Below are positions 54,373-63,968 of a DNA stretch of 64,000 bases, piece after piece. Source of the DNA: Desulfobacterales bacterium (GTDB taxonomy: Bacteria > Desulfobacterota > Desulfobacteria > Desulfobacterales > SURF-7); the NCBI GenBank assembly GCA_046484745.1, contig JAWOIJ010000058.1, forward strand, positions 3,937 to 67,936, written 5' to 3'. The notes beneath the pieces were generated by a model that was given only the letters and a program-made list of their open reading frames with translations, was not told the DNA's origin and made no database searches. Numbering within the stretch: position 1 is the first letter of the stretch; each line of letters opens with the position of its first letter. The translations under genes were made by a program, and so were the position numbers.

Positions 54373-56268
54373 ATGGCATTGAAAATGAAGAAAACCCTTT
54401 TACTTTTTTTGTTGATACCCGTTTTCGCCGTGATTTCGGGGTGTGAAAACAAGGAGGATTACGCGCCGGCTCCAGGACAGATGATTGCGTTCACAAATGT
54501 TTCCTCAGATTCGCTGACCGTAAACTGGACCAGAGCAACCGATCATGAGACATTTCAGCCATATCTTGAATATAAAGTGGTTGCTTCTCTTCGTAATAAT
54601 ATTGACACACTGGATAATGCCGAAAGAAACGGCAAGCCCATGACCTATGATGATCCGGAAACCGAGACAAAAGAAGAGATTGTATGGAATCGGGATATTG
54701 TTTCACTGGACATCAAGGGCCTTTTGGATGGCAAGGTATATTACTTTAATGTTATTGTAAGAGATGAATCCTGGCGTAAGGCAGCTTACACCATGACCTC
54801 TCAAAAAACGATTGATATCACGGATCCGATTATCGGGGGGGTGATCACGATCAGCAATGAAACCTCCAACTCTCTGGAATTGAACTGGCCCCAGTCAACC
54901 GATAACGGAACAGCTCAACGTCTGCTGGAATACAAGGTTGTGCGTTCAATTTCGAACAACATCAGTACCGTGGCAGGAGCGGAAACACAGGGTACGGAGA
55001 TATTGGAATGGAAGACCTATGATCAGATTGAATTCCCGTTCCAGGTAACCGGCCTGAGCCCGGAGGTCGATTTTTTCAATGTCATTGTAAGAGATGAATA
55101 TGACAATAAATCCGTTTATCTGACCGTTTCACAGGCGCCGATTCCCGGTGGGCTGGGCAACGTGTCGGTAAGCAATGTGGGAACCACGTTCTGCACCCTG
55201 AGCTGGGACCCCGCAACCGACTACAGAACCAGTACAACCGAATTGGAGTATCGAATATCCGGCTCAGAATCCCTTCAAAATATGGCTTGGACAAAAAACA
55301 TTTCTACATACAATATTGAAGGATTGAATAGTAAACAAAATTATTATTTTATTGTTACGGTAAGAGATGCAGATGGTTATGAATCAAACTACAACCGGGC
55401 AAGCGTCCTGACCCTGGAGGATTTGTCTCAAAGCGCCGCTGCAATAGACAGGGCCATGATGGCGGTTGAGGATAATGATGGCGAGATTCCGATGATTATG
55501 GACGCGGATGCTCCGCTATCGATCGGAAGGGATGGCCATCTGCTTGTGTGGCTTGACGGGTCCGACATTACCGGAAATGGAGATGATTTTGAAGGCCCGG
55601 TTGAGATATGGGCTGATAAAAGCGGTATGGGAAATCATGCCCAGCAGCCGGTTTTTGACAGACAACCTGTTGCCGTACCTATGGACCTCATCCACAGCCT
55701 CAGCGCGGTCAGGTTTGACAGCAGTAACCAGAGCAGCATGGTGGTCAGGCTTGGGGCGGATCTGGACAGTTCTGTTTTTTCATCCGCGTATACGGTTTTT
55801 ATCGCGGCAGACAGCGGGAGAAGTATAGACGACAATATCAATCCGACTGGCTGTTATTTTATTGGCCGAGACTCCTTGGGTAATTACGCGGGCCTTTTTC
55901 AGGAGGCGGCTCCCGGAGACGTCCGGTTTGTCGTTAAAACATCCTGGAACGACCTGCTGCGTATCCCGGCAGTATCATCACCTTTTGCGGCATCATTGCA
56001 ATTCGGCAGGATATCCAATGAAAATGTTGCTGTTTTTTCAATCGATGGCGATTCCTATTCCGCGTATAATTTTATTCAGCCTGAAACCGTAACCGGTTTT
56101 GTTTTGGGGGCTTCCGAAGAGACAGAAGGAAGTGGACAGGATGCGGTATTCATCGACGGAGAACTGTTCGAATTCATCGTGTTTGATCGAAGGCTGGATG
56201 ATTCGGAAACCGAGCGTATGCACCATTATCTGAATAACAAATGGGGAATCGTTTCAGCAGAGGAATAG
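54373..56268 (+). CDS. lipoprotein with 3 x FN3 and a C-terminal LamG (concanavalin-like) domain
   Basis: The ORF is open from 54151. ATG 54373 (GGGAG RBS) gives MALKMKKTLLLFLLIPVFAVISGC (lipobox). There are three W..ATD...LEYKV...FNVIVRDE FN3 repeats. LamG-type ending: LFEFIVFDRRLDDSETERMHHYLNNKWGI. Confidence 0.85.
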   Translation: MALKMKKTLLLFLLIPVFAVISGCENKEDYAPAPGQMIAFTNVSSDSLTVNWTRATDHETFQPYLEYKVVASLRNNIDTLDNAERNGKPMTYDDPETETKEEIVWNRDIVSLDIKGLLDGKVYYFNVIVRDESWRKAAYTMTSQKTIDITDPIIGGVITISNETSNSLELNWPQSTDNGTAQRLLEYKVVRSISNNISTVAGAETQGTEILEWKTYDQIEFPFQVTGLSPEVDFFNVIVRDEYDNKSVYLTVSQAPIPGGLGNVSVSNVGTTFCTLSWDPATDYRTSTTELEYRISGSESLQNMAWTKNISTYNIEGLNSKQNYYFIVTVRDADGYESNYNRASVLTLEDLSQSAAAIDRAMMAVEDNDGEIPMIMDADAPLSIGRDGHLLVWLDGSDITGNGDDFEGPVEIWADKSGMGNHAQQPVFDRQPVAVPMDLIHSLSAVRFDSSNQSSMVVRLGADLDSSVFSSAYTVFIAADSGRSIDDNINPTGCYFIGRDSLGNYAGLFQEAAPGDVRFVVKTSWNDLLRIPAVSSPFAASLQFGRISNENVAVFSIDGDSYSAYNFIQPETVTGFVLGASEETEGSGQDAVFIDGELFEFIVFDRRLDDSETERMHHYLNNKWGIVSAEE

Positions 56269-56271
56269 CGT

Positions 56272-57021
56272 CTATTGTCCTGCGGACAGCCCGCGGATCA
56301 GCGATAGAACGTTCAGCCCCAGCACGTCGTGATTATACCCGCCTTCAAGGATTCCAAAGCAGCCGCCATTGCATCGTATGGAAGCTTCTCTGACCATCCG
56401 GCCGATTTCAAAATAGTCGGTGGTATGAAGAACGCCGCCCCAGTCCTCGATGTGGTTATCAAAGCCTGCTGAAATTCCGATAATATCCGCTTTGCAGTTG
56501 GTCATGGCATGTTTGGTTTCATTTAAATAGGCTTTCCGGTCATGTGTATTCAGGTTGTGAATCGTGATATGGTCTTTCCCTCCCAGGATATTTTCCGTAC
56601 CATCACCATAATGCATGTCAATATCAAGAATGTAGGCGGATTTGATTTTCCCGTCTCTTTTGAGGGCTTCAATGGCAATCGCCATGTTGTTGAAATAGCA
56701 GAATCCCCAGCAGGAGGAAGCTGATGCATGGTGCCCCGGAGGTCGTATGAGTCCAAAGCTCGGTTCTGCAAGACCTGAAGCGGCAGCTTGAACCGCGGCT
56801 CCTGCGGCAAGGGCGGAAATATCATAAAGTCCTTCCTCTTTGACGTATGAGATATGATTTTTTGAGTGAGCCAGCGCAATATCCTCTTCACATGCAGGTT
56901 CCGGAATCACGAATTCCACTTCGGATTTGATAGCCTGCACAACCGCCTCCATTCTGCCGGATTCGGCAGCAGGGTCCGAGGTGTAGACCCTGTAAAAGTC
57001 ATTATGGAAAAATACTTTCAT
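56272..57021 (-). CDS. histone deacetylase-family (acetoin utilisation/HDAC-like) deacetylase, short form
   Basis: 249 aa. Motifs: RPPGHHA, DIDMHYGDGT, SAGFDNH, LEGGYN. Confidence 0.88.
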   Translation of the reverse strand: MKVFFHNDFYRVYTSDPAAESGRMEAVVQAIKSEVEFVIPEPACEEDIALAHSKNHISYVKEEGLYDISALAAGAAVQAAASGLAEPSFGLIRPPGHHASASSCWGFCYFNNMAIAIEALKRDGKIKSAYILDIDMHYGDGTENILGGKDHITIHNLNTHDRKAYLNETKHAMTNCKADIIGISAGFDNHIEDWGGVLHTTDYFEIGRMVREASIRCNGGCFGILEGGYNHDVLGLNVLSLIRGLSAGQ

Positions 57022-57076
57022 AACCGTCTCTTATTCGAAAGGGTTTCGGCCATTGGCTGTGGAAACATGAGCTGGC

Positions 57077-57280
57077 TCAACCGGATTCGGTTCCGGATTC
57101 GCTGTCCTGCCGTACCATGAGAATATGATCCTTGATTTCATTCATGACAAAATAGCGTTTCAGCGAGTCTGCAAGCTCTTCCGGGGTTGGGGCCTTCCCG
57201 GTGGTCTCTGTGATGAAATTTTTTATCGCTCCGATGGCTTCAAGGATGGATGGATCCACTGTTTCTGTTTTCATGGTCAT
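57077..57280 (-). CDS. small acidic hypothetical protein (67 aa)
   Basis: ATG ORF co-oriented with and 55 nt upstream of the deacetylase gene. I recognised no family. Confidence 0.45.
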   Translation of the reverse strand: MTMKTETVDPSILEAIGAIKNFITETTGKAPTPEELADSLKRYFVMNEIKDHILMVRQDSESGTESG

Positions 57281-57455
57281 TCCGGTCTTTACAGGTTTTT
57301 CTGATGGATAAGCGTGAGATCGCTGATGATCCTGACTGGATCATTTCAGAAACTATATACACCTGAGGCATTTGTTTTCAAGGATTTTTATCCGTTTTTG
57401 ATACCATGAAGTGGTTATGGTGACAGCCGAAACAGCTATGCGGGTTTCTTTTGGA

Positions 57456-57484
57456 TTGACATTAAAACGATCGTTTAATACATT
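57456..57484 (+). promoter_or_regulatory. promoter with a palindromic operator in the spacer, upstream of the TetR gene
   Basis: -35 TTGACA (57456-57461), 17-nt spacer, -10 TACATT (57479-57484). The spacer contains the perfect 12-nt palindrome AAACGATCGTTT (57465-57476). Confidence 0.55.
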
Positions 57485-57517
57485 CGTTTAAATTTTTTTC
57501 GGAGAAGGAAAGGCTGT

Positions 57518-58168
57518 TTGCGAAACCATCAAGATATCAAGACAAAAGAGAGGCTTCTCATACACGCGGAAATCCTGTTCGCCCAGAGGGGGTTCCATGC
57601 GGTAAGTGTCCGGGAGATTACCACGGCGGCCGGCAGCAACCTGGCAGCAGTAAACTATTATTTTGACAGCAAGAAGAACCTTTATCTGGAGGTGTTCCGT
57701 CAGAGATGGGTTCCCCGGGCCAGGCGGATCAAAGAGAGTTTTGAAAACGTTCTGGCTGAAAAGGAGAGTCCCGGCATCGAGGAGATTTTCGGCGCGTTGG
57801 CGCACGCATTCATCGAAGGGCCGCTTGATGACGAAGAACGTAAGGTTCATGTACAGCTCATGCAGCGTGAAATCGTAAACCCTACCGCAGCTTTTGAGCT
57901 GGTGGCAAATGAAGTGACGGCTCCTTTTTTTGAAGACCTCACTTGCCGGCTGAGACGCTGTCTTCCAGAAGACATCGATGAGACAAGCCTGGTTTTAAGC
58001 AACATCAGCATGCTTGCCGTGGTGCTGTATTTCAATTTTTCCCGCGCGGTGGTAACACGATTCACCGGCAAGGCATATGATCCGAAATTCAAGATGCGCC
58101 TGGTTGAACATATCGCCTCTTTTTCCAGGGATGGATTCAATTCGCTTTTACGGAAGGAGAAGTTGTGA
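57518..58168 (+). CDS. TetR/AcrR family transcriptional regulator
   Basis: 216 aa, TTG start. HTH: FAQRGFHAVSVREITTAAGSNLAAVNYYFDSKKNLY. Confidence 0.9.
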   Translation: MRNHQDIKTKERLLIHAEILFAQRGFHAVSVREITTAAGSNLAAVNYYFDSKKNLYLEVFRQRWVPRARRIKESFENVLAEKESPGIEEIFGALAHAFIEGPLDDEERKVHVQLMQREIVNPTAAFELVANEVTAPFFEDLTCRLRRCLPEDIDETSLVLSNISMLAVVLYFNFSRAVVTRFTGKAYDPKFKMRLVEHIASFSRDGFNSLLRKEKL

Positions 58169-59634
58169 ACCAGAGATTTCAATCCTGTTTGCTGCTTTTT
58201 GCGATGCTATGCGCGATCGGATGTGTAAGACTCGGCCCGGACTATGAGCGTCCGGATATCGGGCTGAAACCGCCGGGTTCTTATCATGAATCCGATTTCA
58301 AGGAAAAAGGACTGCCTGTTCCGGAAGATCGCTGGTGGCAGGGTTTTGGAGACCCTGAGATTGATAAACTGGTGGAGGCGGTGCTGAAAAACAACCCGGA
58401 TATTCAACGAGCCGCCGCCCGGATTCTGGAAGTTCGGTCCCGATTCAAGGAAGCGGGGGCGGACCGGTACCCCAGTGTCAACCTGCAGGCTGAGTACCGG
58501 AAACAGCATCAATCCATCACCAATCCGTTTACGGGCAGTGTGGAATCCGAAACAGCCGACCTGTGGTCTCTTTCGCTTCCGGCTTCATTTGAGCTGGATC
58601 TGTGGGGACGGCTTGCAAGAGCCGAAGAAGCGGCAAGGGCCGAACTTCTGATTGCCGGGGAGAACAGAAGGACCATTGCCCAGTCGTTAATCGCCGAAGC
58701 AGTCACTCTGTACTTTCAGATGGAAATGCTGGAAAGAAGCATATGGATTAACCGCCAGAGCATTCAGACCTATCAGGAAAGTCTTAACCTGGTTGAAGGC
58801 CGGTACCGGCGGGGTCTTACCTCTGTCCTCGATGTTCACCAGGCGCGGCGCCGGCTGGCTCAGGCCGAGGCTGCCCTTCCTTCGCTGACGCAGGACCTTG
58901 GAAAAGTTCAGCAGCAGCTCGCCATACTCCAGGGCAGATATCCCCGGACCGGACAGGCGCGAAGTCATGAAGCAGACTATTATCGAAATCTTTCTCCGGT
59001 TCCGCCGGGGCTGCCTTCCGATCTTCTGGCCCGGAGGCCGGATATTCTGGCGGCGGAAGCCCGTCTCAGACAATTGAATGAAATGGTGGGAGTTGCCAAA
59101 GCAAATCGATTTCCGAGAATTACCCTGACCGGCGGGTTCGGGTATGCAAGCGGAGAGCTTGACAGCCTTTTCAAGCCGGAATCCGAACTCTGGAATATCG
59201 CGGCAGGCGGACTCTTCCCCGTCTTCAATGCCGGCAAACTGGCCGCGCAGCAGAGAGGCGCGGAAGCCCGCTATCAACAGGGCGTGGCAGACTATGCGAA
59301 AACCGTACTGGCTGCGTTTTCCGAAGTGGAAGGATCTCTTTTTGTCCGAAAACAGCAGTTGGAGAAGCGTCAACGGGTTGTGAACTTTCTGGAGCAGGCT
59401 CGTGCCACCCAGGAGGTTGCCCAGCAGCGCTATGAGCGGGGGCTTGCCGATTATCTGACGGTTCTTGAATCCCAGCAGACCCGGTTTTCAGCTGAAGAGA
59501 ATCTTGTACTGGTTGATTTTTCAATTTTTTCAAACCGGGTCACGCTGCACCGGGCACTGGGAGGCGGCTGGGGAAACCCGGAACAGCCTGATAACGGTGA
59601 AACATCAGACAATAAAACGGATCAGACCGAATAA
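58165..59634 (+). CDS. RND efflux outer-membrane factor lipoprotein (NodT family)
   Basis: 489 aa. GTGA overlap with the TetR stop. Lipobox LCAIGC followed by GPDYERP. WW.GFGDP motif. Confidence 0.9.
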   Translation: MNQRFQSCLLLFAMLCAIGCVRLGPDYERPDIGLKPPGSYHESDFKEKGLPVPEDRWWQGFGDPEIDKLVEAVLKNNPDIQRAAARILEVRSRFKEAGADRYPSVNLQAEYRKQHQSITNPFTGSVESETADLWSLSLPASFELDLWGRLARAEEAARAELLIAGENRRTIAQSLIAEAVTLYFQMEMLERSIWINRQSIQTYQESLNLVEGRYRRGLTSVLDVHQARRRLAQAEAALPSLTQDLGKVQQQLAILQGRYPRTGQARSHEADYYRNLSPVPPGLPSDLLARRPDILAAEARLRQLNEMVGVAKANRFPRITLTGGFGYASGELDSLFKPESELWNIAAGGLFPVFNAGKLAAQQRGAEARYQQGVADYAKTVLAAFSEVEGSLFVRKQQLEKRQRVVNFLEQARATQEVAQQRYERGLADYLTVLESQQTRFSAEENLVLVDFSIFSNRVTLHRALGGGWGNPEQPDNGETSDNKTDQTE

Positions 59635-59649
59635 GGGATACGATTGAAC

Positions 59650-60825
59650 ATGACACAGAAAAAACGCAGAATCTTTCATTTTGTAATCGCGGCCGGCATC
59701 CTGGTTTTTGGCGTGCTGGGGTTCAAGCTCATGAAAGCAAGCAAACCTGCCCTGGAAAAAGTCGATCATGATGTCCCGGTTCCGATGGCCAGAGTCGTGA
59801 AGGTTAAGACCGGAACCCATCAGATGATTCTAACCGGGCACGGTACGGTGAAGCCGGTCAGGGAGATCAGGCTGGTTCCCCAGGTGAGCGGCAAGGTCAT
59901 CGAGGTTTCCGGGGCCATGGTAAACGGGGGTACATTTAAAAAAAGCGATACGCTGCTTCAGATCGATCCGGCGGATTATCACATCGCCGTGACCCTGGCC
60001 GAGGCACGGGTCAAGGAAGCGGAAAGCCGGTATACACTTGCTGGTGAAGAGTCGGAAGCCGCTCGGTCCGAATGGGAGAACCTCAATCCGGACAGCAGGG
60101 TTCCCCCCCTGGTGGCCAAGGAACCGCAGCTTGCCGCAGCCCAGGCAACCCTTGACGCGGAAAAGGCCAATCTCAAAAGAGCGAGTCTTGACCTTGAGAG
60201 AACGAAGCTCACCGCTCCCTTTGACGGACGGGTGAGCGATGAAAGTGTGGATATCGGTCAATACGTGACGCCCGGACAGGTGCTTGCCGTATTGTACTCA
60301 ACAGATGCCGCCGAGATTCTGCTGCCCATGGAAATGGAAGACCTTTTCTGGTTTTATGTGCCTGGATTTACCCAGGGGGAAGACGGGAAAGAAGCGGAAG
60401 CGGAAATACAGGCCAACGTGGCCGGCAGAGAGCTGTCCTGGCCGGGAAGAGTTGTCCGGTCCGAAGGCAAACTGGATGAACGCACCCGGTTGATCAATGT
60501 GATCGTTGAGGTGGAGAAACCATACGCGTATAAACCCCCTCTTGCCGTAGGGCTTTTTGTAACGGTTCACATCAAGGGCCGAACCCTTGAAGATGCGGCG
60601 GTCATTCCGAGGTCGGCTGTTCGTTCAGGCGGGATGGTCTGGGTCGTGGATGAGGCGGGAAGGCTGTCATTCCGAAAGGTTGATATCGTCCGGAATTCAC
60701 AGGAAGGAGCCATTGTCCGGAAGGGCCTTTCAGATGGTGAAATGGTTGTCACTTCTCCCATTAAAGCCGTGAGTGACGGCATGAAGGTTCGGGGAATACT
60801 GCCTGAAAAGGAGGAGACGTCATGA
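59650..60825 (+). CDS. RND efflux periplasmic adaptor (membrane fusion protein)
   Basis: Open from TTG 59644; ATG at 59650. N-terminal TM, coiled-coil hairpin (AQATLDAEKANLKRASLDLERTKLTAPFDG) and beta-barrel regions. Confidence 0.9.
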   Translation: MTQKKRRIFHFVIAAGILVFGVLGFKLMKASKPALEKVDHDVPVPMARVVKVKTGTHQMILTGHGTVKPVREIRLVPQVSGKVIEVSGAMVNGGTFKKSDTLLQIDPADYHIAVTLAEARVKEAESRYTLAGEESEAARSEWENLNPDSRVPPLVAKEPQLAAAQATLDAEKANLKRASLDLERTKLTAPFDGRVSDESVDIGQYVTPGQVLAVLYSTDAAEILLPMEMEDLFWFYVPGFTQGEDGKEAEAEIQANVAGRELSWPGRVVRSEGKLDERTRLINVIVEVEKPYAYKPPLAVGLFVTVHIKGRTLEDAAVIPRSAVRSGGMVWVVDEAGRLSFRKVDIVRNSQEGAIVRKGLSDGEMVVTSPIKAVSDGMKVRGILPEKEETS

Positions 60826-63800
60826 AAGGCGCCATCGCCTGGTTTGCCGGAAATCATGTAGCGGCCAACCTTTTGATGTTTTTCCTGCTGCTGGCCGGAA
60901 TCGTCACCGGTTTGACCATGAAGCTCGAGGTTTTTCCGGAATCCTCCCTGGACATGATAAGCATATCAACCGTCTATACAGGTGCTTCACCTGCTGAAGT
61001 GGAGGAGGCGATCCTGCGCCGGATCGAAGAAAAAGTGGCGGGGCTTGCGGGGATTGAGCGGATCGACTCCATTGCCCGGGAAGGATACGGTTCAATCACA
61101 ATAGAAGTGATGAAAGGCTGGGAGCTGAAACAGCTTCTCGATGAAGTCAAGGCGGAAGTCGACAGGATAACCACCCTTCCCGATGAAGCGGAAAAGCCGA
61201 TCGTCCGGGAGGTAACGCGCAGGACACAGGTGATCAACCTGGCGGTTTACGGAGATGCGCCGGAATCGACCATTAAACATATTGCGGAAAAAGTGAAAGA
61301 CGATCTCACCAATCTGCCGGGTGTGACACTCGCGGAACTGACGGCGATCAGAACCAGTGAAATCCATATTCAGATTTCAGAGGAGACGCTCAAGAAATAC
61401 GGCCTGACCTTAGAGCTTGTAGCACAGGCAGTCAGCAAAGAAAGCTTGGACCTCCCCGCCGGAAGTGTAAAAACCAGTAGCGGCGAAGTTCTGGTCCGAA
61501 CCAAAGGCAGAAGGTATCAGGCGGCTGATTACCGGGACATCCCGGTGATTACACGGAGTGACGGAAGCGAGGTAAGGCTGGAACAGATCGCGGAGATCAA
61601 AGAAGGATTTGCGGACATAGATCTTTTTGCCCATTTCCAGGGGAAGCCGGCCGCCATGGTCAATGTCTACCGCGTGGCAGATCAGAATGCGCTCAAGGTT
61701 GCGGATGCGGTAAAGGCATACCTGAAAGAAGTCCGGCCCGGTCTTCCGGAAGGTGTTGAAATCGGTTATTACGCGGACATGTCCAAAATTTTGAAAAGCC
61801 GTATCGAGCTGCTGATGAAAAACATGATTTTCGGGCTGATCCTTGTCAGCATCCTGCTGGGCATGTTTCTGAATCTCCGCCTGGCGTTCTGGGTGACCCT
61901 TGGAATCCCCATAAGCTTCGCGGCAAGCCTTGTGCTGCTGCCTCAACTGGATGTTTCCATCAATATGATCTCCCTGTTCGCGTTTATCATGGTCCTTGGA
62001 ATCGTTGTGGATGACGCGATCATTGTCGGAGAAAATGTTTACAGACTGCAGGAAAGCGGAATACCCTCCCTGAAAGCATCCATTGACGGTACGCTGGAGG
62101 TGGGACGCCCGGTAATCTTTTCGGTGCTGACTACCATCGTGGCTTTCTGGCCTCTCCTCCTCGCAGGAGGAACCATGGGCAAATTCATGCGCAACATACC
62201 CATCGTTGTCATGCTGGTACTGGCCGGGTCACTGGTGGAATCACTTTTTATCCTGCCCGCCCATCTGGCAAGAAGCAGGGCCGTGCAAACCGCCTACGGC
62301 AAGGACAAGAAAAAGCTGATGGCGCGGCTGATGAACAAGGCTATTGAAGGGCCGTATGCAACGCTGATCGAATTTTGCACAAGGTGGCGATATGCGACCA
62401 TTGCCACGGGGATCGCCGTGCTTCTTCTGACCCTGGGGGTATGGGGAGCCGGATGGATTAAATTTACGTTTTTTCCGAAAGTGGAAGGGGATGTCCTGGA
62501 ATGCCTGGTTACCATGCCGGCCGGAACGCCTGTGGAACGGACGCAGGAAGTGGTTGCGCGTCTTGAAAATACCGCAAGGGAGGTTCTGAAAGAAGAGGAT
62601 AAAAAGAGGAAGCCGGGCGCGCCCCCGCTCCTGGAGCACAGCATTTCACTCGTCGGAGCCCAGTTCGGCAGACACGCGTCAAGCGGTGAGACCGGAGGCC
62701 ATCTCGCCCAGGTGTGGATTCAGCTTCTCGACGGTGAATCGCGGGATATCAGTTCCATGAAGCTGAATAATTTATGGCGCGAAAAAACGGGAAAGATATC
62801 AGATGTTGAAACCATTGTGTTTAAAAGTGAAATCGAAAATGCCGGGAATGCCATTGAACTGCATCTTTCACTGGATGATACGGAGAAGCTTCTTGAAGCC
62901 GCGACCCTGCTCAAGGAAGAACTGAAAGGAATTCCGGGTGTTTTTGACATCGGAGACAGTTTTTTGCCCGGCAAAAAGGAGATGCAGCTCAAGCTGAAAC
63001 CGTCCGCGACCAGCCTGGGACTGACGTTGAGCGATCTGGCCAGGCAGGTTCGGCACGCGTTCTACGGCGCAGAAGCTCTTCGATTTCAGAGGGATAAGGA
63101 TGAAGTCAAGGTCCTTGTCCATTATCCGGAAGCGGAAAGACGATCCCTTGGGAATGTGGAGGAAATGCGGGTTCGAACCTCTAAGGGAGTGGAAGTCCCG
63201 TTCAGTCAGGTAGCGGAAGTCAATATGACGCAGGGATATGTTACCATCCAGCGCGCCCAGAGACAGCGCGTGATCAAGGTCACGGCGGATGTGGATGAAA
63301 AAGCCGCCAACGCAAACGAGATCCGGGTGGACCTGGAGAAGCGTTTTCTGCCCCGGCTTAAACAGTTGTACCCGGAGCTTCGATTCACCATCGAGGGCGA
63401 GGGAAAACGCCAGAAAGAGACGCTTGCGGATGTCAAGAAAGGCTTTATCATCGCTCTTTTCTGCATCTATGCCCTGCTCGCGATACCGTTTAAATCCTTT
63501 TCGCAGCCTCTTATTGTCATGTCCGCCATTCCCTTTGGCATGGTCGGGGCGATTCTGGGGCATCTGATTATGGGCTTCAACATCAGTGTGATCAGCCTGT
63601 TCGGAATTGTCGGATTAACCGGTGTTGTCGTAAATGATTCACTGGTGCTTGTCCACAGGATAAACCGGTTTCGGGAAGATGGCCTGGATGTTCATGATGC
63701 GGTCACCCGGGCGGGCGCCCTTCGGTTTCGGGCGATCATTCTGACATCGCTCACCACCTTTGCCGGCCTGACCCCGATGCTTCTGGAGCGAAGCATTCAG

Positions 63801-63968
63801 GCAAAATTTCTGGTCCCCATGGCGGTCAGTCTGGGATTCGGCGTTCTGTTCGCAACCTTAATCACGCTCCTTCTGATACCCTGCGGATATCTGATTCTGG
63901 ATGATATTCATCTGTTTATAGACAGATTGAGAGGAAGAAAAGAAAAAATCCCAAGCCATCCATATTGA
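60822..63968 (+). CDS. RND efflux permease (AcrB/HAE family)
   Basis: 1048 aa. ATGA overlap with the adaptor stop. 12-TM/large-loop architecture. Motifs: GIVVDDAIIVGENV and GVVVNDSLVLV. Confidence 0.93.
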   Translation: MKGAIAWFAGNHVAANLLMFFLLLAGIVTGLTMKLEVFPESSLDMISISTVYTGASPAEVEEAILRRIEEKVAGLAGIERIDSIAREGYGSITIEVMKGWELKQLLDEVKAEVDRITTLPDEAEKPIVREVTRRTQVINLAVYGDAPESTIKHIAEKVKDDLTNLPGVTLAELTAIRTSEIHIQISEETLKKYGLTLELVAQAVSKESLDLPAGSVKTSSGEVLVRTKGRRYQAADYRDIPVITRSDGSEVRLEQIAEIKEGFADIDLFAHFQGKPAAMVNVYRVADQNALKVADAVKAYLKEVRPGLPEGVEIGYYADMSKILKSRIELLMKNMIFGLILVSILLGMFLNLRLAFWVTLGIPISFAASLVLLPQLDVSINMISLFAFIMVLGIVVDDAIIVGENVYRLQESGIPSLKASIDGTLEVGRPVIFSVLTTIVAFWPLLLAGGTMGKFMRNIPIVVMLVLAGSLVESLFILPAHLARSRAVQTAYGKDKKKLMARLMNKAIEGPYATLIEFCTRWRYATIATGIAVLLLTLGVWGAGWIKFTFFPKVEGDVLECLVTMPAGTPVERTQEVVARLENTAREVLKEEDKKRKPGAPPLLEHSISLVGAQFGRHASSGETGGHLAQVWIQLLDGESRDISSMKLNNLWREKTGKISDVETIVFKSEIENAGNAIELHLSLDDTEKLLEAATLLKEELKGIPGVFDIGDSFLPGKKEMQLKLKPSATSLGLTLSDLARQVRHAFYGAEALRFQRDKDEVKVLVHYPEAERRSLGNVEEMRVRTSKGVEVPFSQVAEVNMTQGYVTIQRAQRQRVIKVTADVDEKAANANEIRVDLEKRFLPRLKQLYPELRFTIEGEGKRQKETLADVKKGFIIALFCIYALLAIPFKSFSQPLIVMSAIPFGMVGAILGHLIMGFNISVISLFGIVGLTGVVVNDSLVLVHRINRFREDGLDVHDAVTRAGALRFRAIILTSLTTFAGLTPMLLERSIQAKFLVPMAVSLGFGVLFATLITLLLIPCGYLILDDIHLFIDRLRGRKEKIPSHPY

